From contig NC_043004.1 of NCBI RefSeq assembly GCF_006345805.1, positions 103,540,001-103,604,000 on the forward strand: 64,000 bases of DNA. The letters run 5' to 3'. The position numbers and the translations under genes were made by a program. Below, in pieces: positions 50,234-64,000 of this stretch (within the stretch, counting starts at the first letter, position 1; every line of letters starts with the position of its first letter). Source of the DNA: Octopus sinensis (lineage: Eukaryota). The notes beneath the pieces were generated by a model. It was not told where the DNA came from, did no database searches, and saw only the letters and a list, made by a program, of their open reading frames with translations.

Positions 50234-52276
50234 GCATGTACAGTAGATATAGAAATAGGGCAAATTTAACTATTTATCTGGATTAAATATCTGATGTACT
50301 CATATGAGGTGTCTACATCAATTTGGCCAATAAAGGATGACTTTAATCCTATATGTCATTTTTGTTAAAGACCTCGTACATCTATCTTCATTTATCACAG
50401 GTGTTGAGTTGAAAAAAAAAAAGGACCCAAAATTCACCTCTGTGAATCATCATCATCATATAACGTTCCTTTTTCCATGCTGGCATGGGTTGGACTATGA
50501 TAAATGAATAATAGATGCAAGTGTGGCTGTGTGGTAAGACGCTTGCTTCCCAACTGCATGGTTCTGGGTTCAGTTTCACCAGTATCTGCTACAATAGCCT
50601 TGGGCCAAATAAAGCTTTGTGAGTGGATTTTGGTAGACAGAAACTGAAGGAAGCCTGTTGCATATATATGTATGTATCATGTGTGTGTCTGTCTTTGTAT
50701 CTGTATATTTCAACCCACCATTACTTGACAACCAATGTTGGTGTGTTTACATCCCCATAATTTAGCAGTTCAGCAAAGAAGACCGATAGAGTAAGTACTA
50801 AGCTTACAAAGAATAAGTCTTGGGGTTAAATACGAGTATAACATGGCTCTTTGGTTAAGAAGTTTTTGTCACTATGTAGTTCTGAGTTCAATCCCACCTT
50901 GTGGTACTTTGGGCAAGAATCTATAATAGCCCCAGACTACCAATATTGTGAGAGAAACTGTAGGTTAAGCACTCTCTCCTTAATTTGTGTGAGTGTGTGT
51001 GTGCATGTATGTGTGGACCCACAAGGAATTCCTGATGTATTGAACTAAAATACAGAAAGTAGTTCTTTCATCTGAGTTACATCCCTTTATGTCTATGGGG
51101 ATGTAGCTGTTAGCTAAATGGTGATGGATAAAATAAGTGCTAGACAAAGTACTAGGGTTGATAGAGATGACTGACTTCCTTGAAGGCATTACCTTAGCAT
51201 GGTTGCTGGTTCAATGGCTGAACTTAGTTAAGGCATTTGCAGCAGTAGCGACACCTGTTAGAAAGACAGACAAATAAAATGGTAATATTTTTGTGTGAAT
51301 ATAGGCACCTGTGCCAGTGTCAGGTAAAAGGCAACCACTACACTCTTGGAGTTGTTGGCATTAGGAAGGGCATCCAGCTGTAGAAACCACTTAAAAATCA
51401 GACTGGAGCCTTTTACGATTCTCCGGCTTACCAGTTCCAGTCAAACCATTTAACCCATGCCAGCATGGAAAACGGATGCTAAATGATGAGGATAATAAAT
51501 AGATACATATATATGGATTCATAGAATTGTGTGGCTATCACAGAAAGCTCCTCTAGCAGACTCGGCTAGCAGACTACATAGTAATTCAATACATAGGAAT
51601 ATAATGCAGAGATAAAACACTGCATCTCCCCCACCCTCTCTCACACACATGTGCGCTCAAAGAAGTCAATATTCTCAATACATTAACTGCAACCACAAAT
51701 TAACAATCACCATAAGCTCAGCAGCAATGAATTTATTGAAAAGACCATCTATGTCACAGCCAACATAGTCTTGTTCCATTGCTCATCTCTATTACAAAAT
51801 GATTTTGGATTGAACAGAGTTGTTTTCATTTCAAATTTTTCATTTCATGATTAAACTATGAGGAGTAAATTTGTTTCTCCAATTTTCTGTTTCCATATTG
51901 AAATGATTCAACTTTATTTCATTGTGCTGTTGGCACGTAAGCAAACCATTCAAACGTGGCCATTGCCAGTACCGCCCTGAAGAGCCGCCCTGCCTGTGGC
52001 ACGTAAAAAGCACCATCCGATCGTGGTCGTTTGCCAGCCTCGTCTGGCACCTGTGCAGGTGGCACGTAAAAAGCACCCACTACACTCACGGAGTGGTTGG
52101 CATTAGGAAGGGCATCCAGCCGTAGAAACATTGCTGGATCAGACTGGGCCTGGTGCAGCCTTCTGGCTTCCCAGACCCCAGTTGAACCGTCCAACCCATG
52201 CTAACATGGAAAGCGGACACTAAATGATGATGAATTCATATTAATTTCACATTGCTTATTTTTTTTTTTTTTGCAG

Positions 52277-52420
52277 CTAAGGGTCAAATGGAGGAATTGT
52301 ATCTGGGTAGTAACCAAATTGAAGGCACCCATCCTGAGCTGGAACTGATCAATGTTATTGACAGTTGTAAAAATCTGAGGAAGTTAGACTTACGTTCCTG
52401 CAGCCTGAGGAGTCAAGTTG
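52277..52420 (+). CDS. LRRC41: LRRC41-like LRR exon (MEELYLGSNQI...LRKLDLRSCSL)
   Basis: Poly-T plus GCAG acceptor, TTG|GTAAGA donor, 144 nt, two RI-type LRR cores. Confidence 0.92.
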
Positions 52421-54126
52421 GTAAGAAACTTTTTCTTTTATTATTTACCGATATGAAGGCGGTGAGATAGCAGAATTGTTACAATGCCAGACAAAATGCT
52501 TGGTGGCATTTCATTTATCTTTATGTTCTGAGTTTAAATTCTGCCATGTTTAACTTTGCCTTTCATCCTTTTGGGGGTCAATAAAATATATAGCAGTGGA
52601 ACACTAGGGTTGGTCTAATCAACCTATCCCCCTCCCAGTATTGCTGGCCTTGAGTCAAAATTTGAAAATAATATACAAGATATTGACAATTAAGAGTTAT
52701 ACTTGTCCAGTCAGAGGGACAGCAAGCTGACAGAATTGTTGCCATGCTGGTCAAGATGTTTAATGATATTTTATCTGTCTTTACATTCTGAGTTCAAATT
52801 CCACCAAGGTTAACTTTGCCTTTCTTCCTTTTGGGGGTCGATAAAATCAGTTGAGCACTGGGGTTGATGTAATCGACTTGCCCCTCCCCCAAAATTGCTG
52901 GCATTGTGCCAAAATTTGAAACTATCATTTACTGATACTTATCATTGTCATCATCCTCATTATCGACCCCCAGACTCGTAGGACTTGTTACCCAGTCTCT
53001 GTGGTATATATATTCTTTTATTCTTTTACTTGTTGCAGTCATTTTGACTGCTGCCATGCTAGAGAACCATCTTTAGTCGAGCAAATCGGCCTCAGGACTT
53101 ATTCTTTGTAAGCTTAGTACTTATTCTATTGGTCTCTTTTGCCGAACTGCTAAGTTACAGGGATTCAAATGCACCAGCATTGGTTGTCAAGCGATGTTGG
53201 GGAGGACAGACACACATACATCATCATCACCGTTGTTTAACGTCCACTTTGCATGCTTGCATGGGTTGGATAGTTTGACTGAGGGCTGGCAAGCCAGAAG
53301 GCTGTACCAGGCTCCAATCCAATCTGGCAAAGTTTCTACAGCTGGATGCCCTTCCTAACGCCAACCACTCCGAGAGTGTAGTGGGTGCTTTTTACATGCC
53401 ACTGGCATGTTCTTGTGTTCCTCTTTGGAAGAAAGCTAAACTTGAATGTTTTCGGCCAATAAGACATGAGATTTGAATACTGGCTGTTCTTCAGTGTCCC
53501 AACCCTTCAAATTATATCCAACTAAATGTAATCAACAAAATTGTGTGGTAAGAAACTTGCTTGCCAACCACATGGTCCTGGGTTCAGTCCTGCTGCATGG
53601 TCCTTTAGACAACTGTTTTTAGGCCTACCAAAGCCTTGTGAGTGGATTTGGCTGATGGAAACTGAAAGAAGCCCGTCATATATATATTTCTGTATATATC
53701 CATGTGCATGTCTTTGTGTCTGTGTTTGATTCCCACTGGCACTTCACAACTGGTGTTGGTGTGTTTATGTCCCTGCAACTTAGTGGTTCAGTAAAAAGGA
53801 CTGATAGAATTAGTAGTAGGCTTAATAAAAAATATAAATCCTGGGGTCAATTTGACTAAAACCCTTTAAAGTTGTTTCCCCATCACGGCTGCAGTCAAAC
53901 TAGTAAAACAAGTAAAGGATCTCTTTTATATATCTTTCACCCTTTAGCATTCAGATTACTCTCTCTAATCTAATGCTTATATATTTGTATTGTTTTGAAT
54001 TAACCATGCATTATCTCATTGAAATTTCAGTGATGTGAGGGTTTGTTTTTAAAAGGAAATTGGTATAAGTGGGGGATGCCAGATCTCGCTGATCTGAGGA
54101 TAAAACAGACTATTTTGACCAGATAT

Positions 54127-54523
54127 ACTCTTTTACTTGTTTCAGTCATTTGACTGCGGCCATGCTGAAGTACCTCCTTTAGTTGAGCAACTCGACCCCG
54201 GGACTTATTCTTTGTAAGCCCAGTACTTATTCTATCTGTCTCTTTTGCCGACCCGCTAAGTGACGGGGATGTAAACACACCAGCATCGGTTGTCAAGCAA
54301 TGTTGGGAGGGGGACAAACACACTAACATACACACACATACATATATATGTGCATATATGCGACAGGCTTCTTTCAGTTTCCGTCTACCAAATCCACTCA
54401 CAAGGCATTGGTCGGCCCGGGGCTATAGCAGAAGACGCTTGCCCAAGATGCCACGCAGTGGGACTGAACCCGGAACCATGTGGTTGGTTAGCAAGCTACT
54501 TACCACACAGCCACTCCTGCGCC
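54127..54523 (-). mobile_element. SINE family A (young copy)
   Basis: Full-length match to the family. Confidence 0.9.
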
Positions 54524-55302
54524 TATGGTCAGTTTAAATGTAACTGGGTTAAACTAAACTCACCATAATTATAAGTATTTTTAATCTAAAAAATCCTGAT
54601 CTTATTAATTCCTCTTAGAAATTGGTACACCTAGTCATAGTTGTTTTGGTAATGTTATGATTTGTATCCACCAAGTGTTCCAGTCACTATGCCATGCTGA
54701 GGTCAAATGTGGACTTAAAAATCACACACTAAACTAATGGTCTTTCTAGAATTTTCTCATTCATATATCTGTTGTCACGAGCTTTGTAATTTCAAGAAAT
54801 ATTGGATTGAATTAGTCTTTTGATTAAAAGAAAAAGAAAACAAAAAAAAATTTGCTAATTAGATCTCTTGTTAATAATGTCTGGGGGTGCTTTAATTATT
54901 TGTTTTTCTATTTTTCCATTTTTATTTTATTGTTTTTGCTTAATGGCATTTTAATGGCCGTAGTAGCTCTAATAGTTTATTCAGCCATCTAATTAGAATG
55001 TTTTATTAATTAAACTTCAGTTGTTGTGAATATTTCAGCCAGAAATGTTAGCTGAAACAATCTCCAAGAATTAAATTGCTGTGTACAGTTGGCAGTAGTG
55101 TACTATATTGGTCCACCAAAGCTAATACTTAGATTTTCAAACCCAGTCATTTAGTTGCTTGTCTTGTTTCCATCGAGTTCTCTTTGATTAACCATTTTTA
55201 TTTTGGTAATAGTGGCATGACCATTATTTGTACATTTAACCGTTTAGCAATTAGATTATTCTGTCACAATGCTTTTTTATTCACTCGCGCTTGTGCTATA
55301 TT

Positions 55303-55838
55303 AAAGCATCCATGTGGTTACATGTAAAAGCGCCTGTGTGGAAACATGTAAAAGTGCCTGTGTGATGTCACATAAAAGTACCAATGTGGCGACATGTAAA
55401 AGTGCCTGTGTGATGTCACATAAAAGTATCCATGTGGTTACATGTAAAAGTGCCACATAAAAGTACCCATGTGGTGACACATAAAAGTGCCTGTGTGGAA
55501 ACATGTAAAAGTGTCACATAAAAGTACCCATGTGGAAACACTTAATAGCGCCTGTGTGGCAACATACAAAAGTGCCTGAGGTGCCACATTAAAGTACCCA
55601 TGTGGTGTCACATAAAAGTACCCATGTGACAACATGTAATAGCACCTGTGTAGCGACATGCAAAAGTGCCTGTGGTTCCACATGAAAGTATCCATGTGGT
55701 GGCACATAAAAGCCCCTGTGTAGTAACATGTAAAAATGCCTATATGGTGCCACTTAAAAGTACTGATGTGGCGACAGGTAAAAGCGCCCATGTGGTGACA
55801 TGTAAAAGTCTCCATGCAGTGCCCTGTAAAAGCATCCA
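55303..55838 (+). repeat. ~20-bp degenerate minisatellite (CATGTAAAAGTGCCTGTGTG-like, ~26 units) running into an RTE 3'-UTR tail (55838-55975)
   Basis: The units resemble the GTGGCACGTAAAAAGCACC motif of the RTE UTR. The array ends in ACACTCTGTAAAGTGGTTGGCATCAGGAAGGGCATCC. Confidence 0.85.
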
Positions 55839-58075
55839 GCACACTCTGTAAAGTGGTTGGCATCAGGAAGGGCATCCATGCCAAATGAAACTGGAGTCTA
55901 GTGTAGCTCCCCCCACTCCAGCTTGCTAGCTCTGGTCATACTGTCCAGCATGGACAACGGATGTTGAGCAATGATGATTTTGTACCAACCAGGCATTATC
56001 TCAAAGCTTAAAGATTTTGATGATGTGATTGTTTATTTTTAGAATGGCATTGTAGGATAAGTGTAAGAGGCCAGTTTAAATGCTAAAGGATTAATTGTTC
56101 CAAAAAGCACAGGCATGGCTGTGTGGTTAAAAAGTTTGCTTCCCAACCATGTGGTTTTAGGTTCAGTCCTACTGTGCGGCGCTTTGGGCAAGTATCTCCT
56201 ACTATAGTTGTGGGCCAACTAAAGTCTTGTGAGTGGATTTGGTGGAAGGAAACTGAAAGAAGCCCCTCTCAAATATGTTGAGGCACACTTATGTAAATGG
56301 TTTACTCAATAGTCACCCTTTCTGCTTGTTATTTGATGCTTTACTTCTCTTTCTTGAGGCTCTACTTAATATGTTCTCAGAACTTTGACAAATTAAACAC
56401 TAATTATTTATTCAGACACTATGACTTTTTTCTGACTTGACAAATTGTAATCCCAAAACAACATTTGTTTCTTCTTTTTTTAATTTTTGTTTTTGTAAAG
56501 AAATTAAAAAAAATTTGTCCATCCACAATTTTATTAAATTAATTTCAACATGCTCCAGTAATTTTGTAGTAGGTCAGTAGTATGAAATCTGGTGGAATGA
56601 ATTTTACAAGAATAACCTAAGAAGGAATTGCCTCTTTCTTCAGGTTCAATGTTGTTATGGATATCTGTGTCTCCGTGTCTATCAGCAAATCACATGAGTG
56701 GTGTATAGGCTGCTTTGTTCTGTGTTACTTGTATGTGTCTGTGAGTACACACACACACAGTGTTCTCTTATGTGCTGTCTGGTTCAAAGAGATGTCAAAT
56801 AAATATCAATTTATGAGAAAATATCTTTCAGGGTGTGTTTGTTTGCTTTGTTTGCTTATTATTAAGGCGGCTAGCTGGCAATATCGTTAGCATGCCAAGC
56901 GAAATGCTTAGCAGTATTTCGTCTGCTGCAACATTCTGAGTTCAAATTCCGCTGAGGCTGACTTTGCCTTTCATCCTTTTGGGGTTGATTAAATAAGTAC
57001 CTATTAGGCAAATTTGAGGCCTTGTGATTCCAGTAGAAAGGATTATTATTATTATTATTATTAAGGCAGTGAGCTGGCAGAATTGTTAGCACACTGGGTG
57101 AAATGCTTAGCGGTATTTCATCTGCCACTACATTCTGAGTTCAAATTTGTCGACTTTACCTTTCATCCTTTTGGGGTTGATAAAATATGTACCAGTTGAA
57201 CACTGGGGTCAAAGAAATTGACTTAACCCCTTCCTCAAAATTACTACCCTTGTGATAAAATTTGAAATTATTTTTATTATTACGTGCGGGTGACATGTAA
57301 AAAGCACCCACTACACTCACGGAGTGGTTGGCGTTAGGAAGGGCATCCAGCCGTAGAAACACTGCCAGATCAGACTGGGTCTGATGCAGCCTTCTGGCTT
57401 CCCAGACCCCAGTTGACCCGTCCAACCCATGCCAGCATGGAAAGCGGACGCTAAATGATGATGATGATGATGATTATTCGTCTGTTCTGAGTTCAAAATC
57501 CTGCTGAGATCAACTTAGCCTTTCATCCTTTTGAGGTCAATAAAACAAGTACCAGTTGCGCACTGGGGTCAATGTAATCGTCTGTCTCCCTCCCCCAAAT
57601 TTCAGGCCCTGTGCCTGTAGTAGAAAGGATTATTAATATTATTATGCTGGTGACATTCTGGGTAAAATGCTTAGTGGCATTTCATCCATCTCCATATTCT
57701 GAGTTCAAATTCTGCCGCAGTCAGCTTTGCCTTTCATTCTTTCTGGGTCAGTGGAATAAGTACTAGTTGAGACTTACCCCCCTCCTCTGAAATTACTGGC
57801 ATTGAGCCAAAATTTGAAATCACTATTATTATTATTTGTTTGTTTATTTATTGGTCTGATTAGTTTTGTGGTTATTATTGACTGCGGCCATGCTGGAGCA
57901 CCACCTTTAGTCAAGCAAATCGACCCCAGGACTTATTCTTTGTAAGCCTAGTATCTATTCTATCGGTCTCTTTTGCTGAACCGCTAAATTACGGGGACGT
58001 AAATACACCAGCATCGGTTGTCAAGCGATGTTGGCGGGGGTAACAAACACAGACACACAAATATATGCACACATG

Positions 58076-58124
<49 letters not shown>

Positions 58125-61100
58125 CCTATATACAATGGGCTTCTTTCAGTTTCCGTCTACTAAATCCACACACAAAGCTTTAGTTAGCCCAAAGCTATAG
58201 TAGAAGACACTTGCCCAAGGTGCTACGTAGTGGGACTGAACCCAGAACCATGTGGTTGGTAAGCAAGCTACTTACCACACAGCCACTCTTACATGTTTGT
58301 GAAGCATGTCATATGGCTCTGTGGTAAGAAGTTTACTTTCAAACTATTTAATTTCAAGTTCAGTCCCACCATATGGTACTTTCCGCTTGTGTTTTTCACC
58401 CTCGCCCTCGGGCAACCAAAGCCTTATGAATGGATTTGGTAGACAGACACTGAAAAAAGTCCATTGTGCATATACGTGTGTTTGTGTGTGTGTGTATGCA
58501 TGCATATGTATTACTATTTACTTTAGACTGCATGTGATAGTTGTAACAGGTGAGGGTTGGCAGCAGGAAGGTCATCCAACCATAGAAATCCACCTCAAAT
58601 TCTGTCTGACCCATGCAAGCATTGACAAGTGGACATTAAAATAACAATGATGATGATATGTGTGTTTCTTAGAATTAATTCGAACGTGGCCGTAGCCAGT
58701 GCCGCCCGACTGGCCTCCGTGCCGGTGGCACGTAAAAAGCACCATCCGACCGTGGCCGTTGCCAGCCTCGTCTGGCCCCTGTGCCGGTGGAATGTAAAAA
58801 GCACCCACTACACTCATGGAGTGGTTGGTGTTAGGAAGGGCATCCAGCTGTAGAAACATCACCAGATCAGACTGGGCCTGGTGCAGCCTTCTAGCTTCCC
58901 AGACCCCAGTTCAACCCATGCCAGCATGGAAAGCGGACATTAAACGATTATGATGATATGCCTTGATAAGGCTCCAAAGTTAATTACAATATACAAAAGT
59001 ACATAATATGGATATTAGAAATAAGCAATAAAAGTATATCCATTTGCCCCGAGACGTTTTCTAAACGCATTCCGTCATGCTGGATGTGTAGAACATTGAC
59101 ACTAAAAAACCTGTTTCAAAACAGGTTTGTTTCTTTTATTTTTTCTTATGTCTGTTTGTGTTTAAAAATTTTTTTTTATTATTTCAGAGATTGGAATCTC
59201 TAATGTGAATATAATTAATGAGTTATAAAATGTTGCTGCTGCAATCGCATTTGCAATAGCTTAGCTACTTTGTTGACATCTAGTTGATTGCCTTCTGTCA
59301 AGGCTGTGTCGTTAAGAAGTTCACTCCGAAACCACATAGTTTTGCATTCCGTCCAGCAGTGCAGCACCTTGGCCAAGTGTCTTTTCTTATTTCTTTACTA
59401 CCCACAAGGGGCTAAACATAGAGGGGACAAATAAGGACAGACAAAGGGATTAAGTCGACTACATCGACCCCAGTGCGTAACTAGTACTTAATTTATTGAC
59501 CCTGAAAGGATGAAAATCAAAGTCGACCTCAGCAGGATTTGAACTCCGAACGTAATGACAGACGAAATATTGCTAAGCATTTCACCCGGCATGCTAACGC
59601 TTCTGCCAGCTCGCTGCCAAGTGTCTTTTCTGCTATATCCCTTGGTTAACCAGTGACTTATGAGAGAGTTTGGTATATGGAAACTATACAAAGCCTATCA
59701 CGTGGACCTTTTACGTTTTACTTGTTCCAGTCACTGGACTACAACCATGCTGGGGCACTGCTTTGAAGGGTTTTAGTTGAATGGATCGACCCCACCCCCG
59801 ATACTTATTCTATCTGTTCTTTTGTCTTTTGCTGAACCACTGAGTTATGAGAATGTGTAAACAAACCAACACCTGTTGTCAAGGGGGAGGATGGCAAATA
59901 CATACACAAATCTCCCCCCTCTCTCTTTCTGGTCTCTCCCCTCTCTTCACCCCTTTTCCATATCCCCCTCCCCCCCTTCCCATCTCCCTGCTTTCCCTCT
60001 GTCCACTTCTCTTGTTTTCTCTACTCTAGGCACAAATTCCGAAATTTTTTGGGAGGGGACCAGTCGATTAGATCAACTCCAGTATGCAACTGGTACTTAA
60101 TTTATTGATCCTGAAAGGATGAAAGGCAAAGTTGACCTTGGCAGAATTTGAACTGGGAACGTAAAGACAGACGAAATACCGCAAGCATTTCACCCAGCAT
60201 ACTAACATTTTTGCCAGCTTGCCATCTCTCTCTCTCTCTCTCTCTACATACACACACAATGGGTTTCCATACCATTTTCATCTACCAACTTCATACACAA
60301 AGCATTGGTCAGCTCAGAGTACCACACATTGGCCCAAGGTACCATGCTATGGTACTGAATCTGAAGCTATATGCTTGCAAAGCAAGCTTCTTAACTGCAC
60401 AGCGGTGCCTGGGTGGAAGAAGGCAGTACCTGTGACCTTTTACAGAGTCTCTGCAACTGGTGCAAGACAGGGAGAGGGAGGAAAGTATCCTCAAACTAGA
60501 AACCTGGCTTAAATCCCTGCAACAGTATGGCCCCCCCCCTACAAAAGGCAACTAAGGGCGCCATTTGATGATGTTAAAACTCAGTGATGGATCAAGTCTA
60601 CCACCCACGTAGGCTATGGCAAGATTTGAACTTGAAATACAAAGAGCCACAGCAAATGCCACAAGATATTTGGTCTTATGTTCTTACAGTTCCACTAATC
60701 CAGTGTCTTGGGTTGGTTGGTACTTTTTTTATTGACCCTGAAAGGATGAAAAGTAAAGTTGAATTTGGTGGGATTTGAACTCTGTGCTGAGAGTCACAAG
60801 AGATGCTGCAAGGCATTCTGTCTGACTTGTTATGGAATGGCTTCTTGTTTGGGAGAATGTTGTGATCTCGGTCTCTTATGTCTTGGAAACCTGGTAAATA
60901 ACCTGATGAATTCTAGGGCTCAAGAAGAAACAATAAAAAAAAAGAAATTCTGTCTGATGCCATAGCAACCTTGCCAATTTGTCTGCCTGCCTGCCTGCCT
61001 GTGTGTGTGTGTGTGTGTGTGTAGATGCTTACATTTTTTGCTTTCTGTAAAATTGGTGACGTTTGACATTTTCTCTGTCATTAAATCAAGGCTGTTTGTT

Positions 61101-61486
61101 TCCAGACTTCCATGAAAACCACATCTGGCCATGGGGAAATATTTCCTTGCTTGGAAATGGGTGAGGGTTGGTGAGAGGAAAGGCATCCAGTTGTAGAAAA
61201 TCTACCTCAACAAATTCTGTTTGATCCATGCAAGCATGGGAAAGTGGACATTCTTAATGATGATATACTCATTCTAGTTTTCTTTCAGGATACTCATTCC
61301 AATGTTTTTTCTTCAACTTATTTCATTGACACCTGAAACCATTCTCATGTTACTTGACCTCAAATACTTGCTCACGTTCTCTTCCCTAGCTTTTTCCTTG
61401 TATATTTTTCTAGATTATGTTAAACCTTTAATGGAACCTAATTTAAGGAACTAAATAACATTTTTGTTTTCTATTTTGTTTTTTAG

Positions 61487-61564
61487 TTCTGAGTGATAGT
61501 TTCATCTCTGCGCTCAGGAACCACAAAAGCTTGGAGTTCCTCTGTCTGAAAGCTAACCGCTTAG
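61487..61564 (+). CDS. LRRC41: LRRC41-like LRR exon (LEFLCLKANRL); gene continues beyond the window
   Basis: TTTTAG acceptor, TAG|GTAAGT donor, 78 nt. It gives 30-residue LRR spacing from the previous repeat. No stop codon is reached. It is absent from the ORF track. Confidence 0.88.
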
Positions 61565-63015
61565 GTAAGTGCAGCTAACACGTTTCAACTTATTTGAATT
61601 GACTTCAGTTAAGGAAAGAAAGTTTTAGCAAATATTTGGCATGGACTTGGTTTATATATATCTTTTTATCTTTCACTTGTTTCAATCATTGGACTGTGGC
61701 CATACTGGGACACTGCCTTGAAGAATTTAGTGTAATAAATTGACCTCAGTACTGCTGGTCTTTTTTGCCGAACTGCTGAATTACATGGATGTAAACAAAC
61801 CAACACTAATGGTCAAGATGTGGCAGTGAGGTGGGTGAGTGAAGAACAAAGATACACACATGCATACACAGACCATGGGCTTCCACACAGTTTCTGCCTA
61901 TTAGATTCACTCAAGGCATTTTGACAAGTTGTGGTGCACCTGAGTACCATATACAATAATTTCATTACTATTTTTAAAGTCTGACAGTTGCTTTCTGATA
62001 GGACCTTATGGAGGGGGTGCCTGAGGACTCTACCCCCATCAACCTCTTAGTAATAGTGGGCGGAGAAGATGGGTGGAGAAGATGGATCCTCTGCACAATA
62101 TACTAACTGGAACAATGTGGTCTGAGACTCAGCATATCGGTTGCCCTGTTTGTAGACCGTAGACATGTTATTTAGACTGAAAGAGAAGGCTTGTGGTCAA
62201 AGCTGCTCTAACCTTGCCTACCCTGTCTTTTTGTATATCAAGGTTTACAATATCCAGTATATCTTTCCTTTACTTTTTTTTAAGATGGCCTTGTATGACT
62301 TGAGAGACATTTGGCTGCTAGTTCTTGCAGCCTGCACAACCATTAAGTGGCTTCTTTATTGGATTGTGAGGATTGGCATTTTGGTTTGGCATGTGATTAG
62401 TGGTAGCTGTGGTTGTAAGAGTAGTAAAGATTTAAAAAGCAGATTGAACTTATTCTAAGGTGGCAAGCTGACAGAAATGTTAGCACACCAGGTGAAATGC
62501 TTAGTGGTATTTCATCTGTCTTTACGTTCTGAGTTCAAATTCTGACAAGGTTGACTTTGCCTTTCATTCTTTCGGGGGCAATAAATTAAATACCAGTTGC
62601 TTACTGGGATCGATCTAGTCGACTGGCCCCCTTCCCCCAAATTTCGGCCCTTGTGCCTAGAGTAGATACGATTGAACTATTTTAATAGCTGACTATTTTA
62701 ATTCCAGTTGGCTGCCGAGTGGTAAAATATTTTACCATTAAATATATAATACTTGAAATACAGAAACTTTTCAGAAAGATATTTGACAGTGGGGAATTAT
62801 TATTATGAAGGATGTTCAACTGCAAAAAAGATATTGTAATATGTAAACTTGAAGTGGTGTTAGAAAAATTGAATGTGAATCTATGTTAAAAAGCAAAATG
62901 TACCAAACAAAAAAGAAAATTGTGATGTTTGTTAGTGTTTTAATTGTGTAGTCGTTTGGTTGTGTGGTTAAGAAGTTTGCTCCTCTAGGTTCGGTCTTAC
63001 TGTGTGGTGCTACCT

Positions 63016-63275
63016 GTGTCATCTCTTGTGAAAGGTAGGAGAGTCCAGTTTGCTGGACATTGTTGTAGAGCTGAAAACGAGGCAATTTCTTCTCTTCTCC
63101 TCTGGAAGCCATCTACTCGCAATACCAGAGGGCGCACACTCTCCTACCCTGATGTAATCTCCAGGGATACAGGCATCCAGCAACAGGACCTCCGTAATGC
63201 TATGATGGACCATGAAGTCTGGCGTAGCATGGTAAATTCCATTGTCTCGACCACGGTTGAACAATGATGATGATG
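63016..63275 (+). mobile_element. 3' end of a second RTE-like LINE family inserted into a tRNA SINE
   Basis: LVKGRRVQFAGHC...LLWKP...RGR..LSYPDVI..DTG...AMMD...W then a (TGA)n tail. ACCT lies on both sides (63012-15, 63276-79), and the SINE resumes with TGGACGAGTGCC. Confidence 0.8.
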
Positions 63276-63588
63276 ACCTTGGACGAGTGCCTTCTACTAT
63301 GACACTGGGCCAACCAAAGTTTTGTGAGTGGATTTTGTAGATTGGAAACTGAAAGCTCATCCTGTGTGTGTGTGTGTGTGTGTGTGTTGGTGGCATGTAA
63401 AAAGTATCCAGTACACTCTGCTAAGTGGTTGGCATTAGGAAGGGCATCCAGCCAGAGAAACCATGCCACAACAGACAATTGGAGTCTGGACAGCTCCCTG
63501 CTAGCCAATTCCATATCAAACCATCCAACCCATGCCAGCAGGGAAATCTGACTTTAAACAATGATGATGATGATATATATATATAAAT

Positions 63589-63656
<68 letters not shown>

Positions 63657-63660
63657 TATA

Positions 63661-64000
63661 GGCGCAGGAGTGGCTGTGTGGTAAGTAGCTTGCTAACCAA
63701 CCACATGGTTCCGGGTTCAGTCCCACTGCGTGGCATCTTGGGCAAGTGTCTTCTGCTATAGCCCTGGGCCGACCAATGCCTTGTGAGTGGATTTGGTAGA
63801 CGGAAACTGAAAGAAGCCTGTCGTATATATGTATATGTATATATATGTGTGTCTGTGTTTGTTCCCCTAGCATTGCTTGACAACCGATGGTGGTGTGTTT
63901 ACGTCCCCGTCACTTAGCGGTTCGGCAAAAGAGACTGATAGAATAAGTACTGGGCTTACAAAAGAATAAGTCCTGGGGTCGATTTGCTCGACTAAAGGCG
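63661..64000 (+). mobile_element. SINE family A, cut by the window end, starting at the end of a (TA)n tract
   Basis: The head GGCGCAGGAGTGG begins directly after TA-rich 63573-63660. Confidence 0.9.

Overview
Eukaryotic, AT-rich and repeat-dense genomic DNA. The SINE, RTE-LINE and MITE families suggest an octopus or other coleoid cephalopod; this is recognition from memory, and no search was run. One protein-coding gene is supported: a plus-strand LRRC41/MUF1-like gene. Ten GT-AG exons between 25072 and 61564 join in one frame (3208 coding nt, at least 1069 aa). The product has an N-terminal BC-box, a 2133-nt exon with a ~540-aa low-complexity insert, and C-terminal RI-type leucine-rich repeats. 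The gene has at least one more exon upstream and continues past the window end. The rest is intronic or intergenic and transposon-rich: a 3.4-kb 5'-truncated, disabled RTE LINE with a PHD finger inside its RT; many 3'-UTR-only copies of that LINE; several tRNA-derived SINE families; Tigger, mariner, Tc1 and piggyBac-type elements; two Helitron pieces (one with a PIF1 helicase C-terminus missed by the ORF track); and CR1-like and RLE-type LINE remnants. The most unusual structures are a 2.3-kb 22-bp minisatellite, a duplication with a 525-bp templated insertion copied from 9.8 kb upstream, and a 218-bp near-perfect palindrome whose transition mismatches are all G-U on the sense strand. Almost all short ORFs in the supplied track are repeat artefacts. 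I see no clear new multi-gene system.
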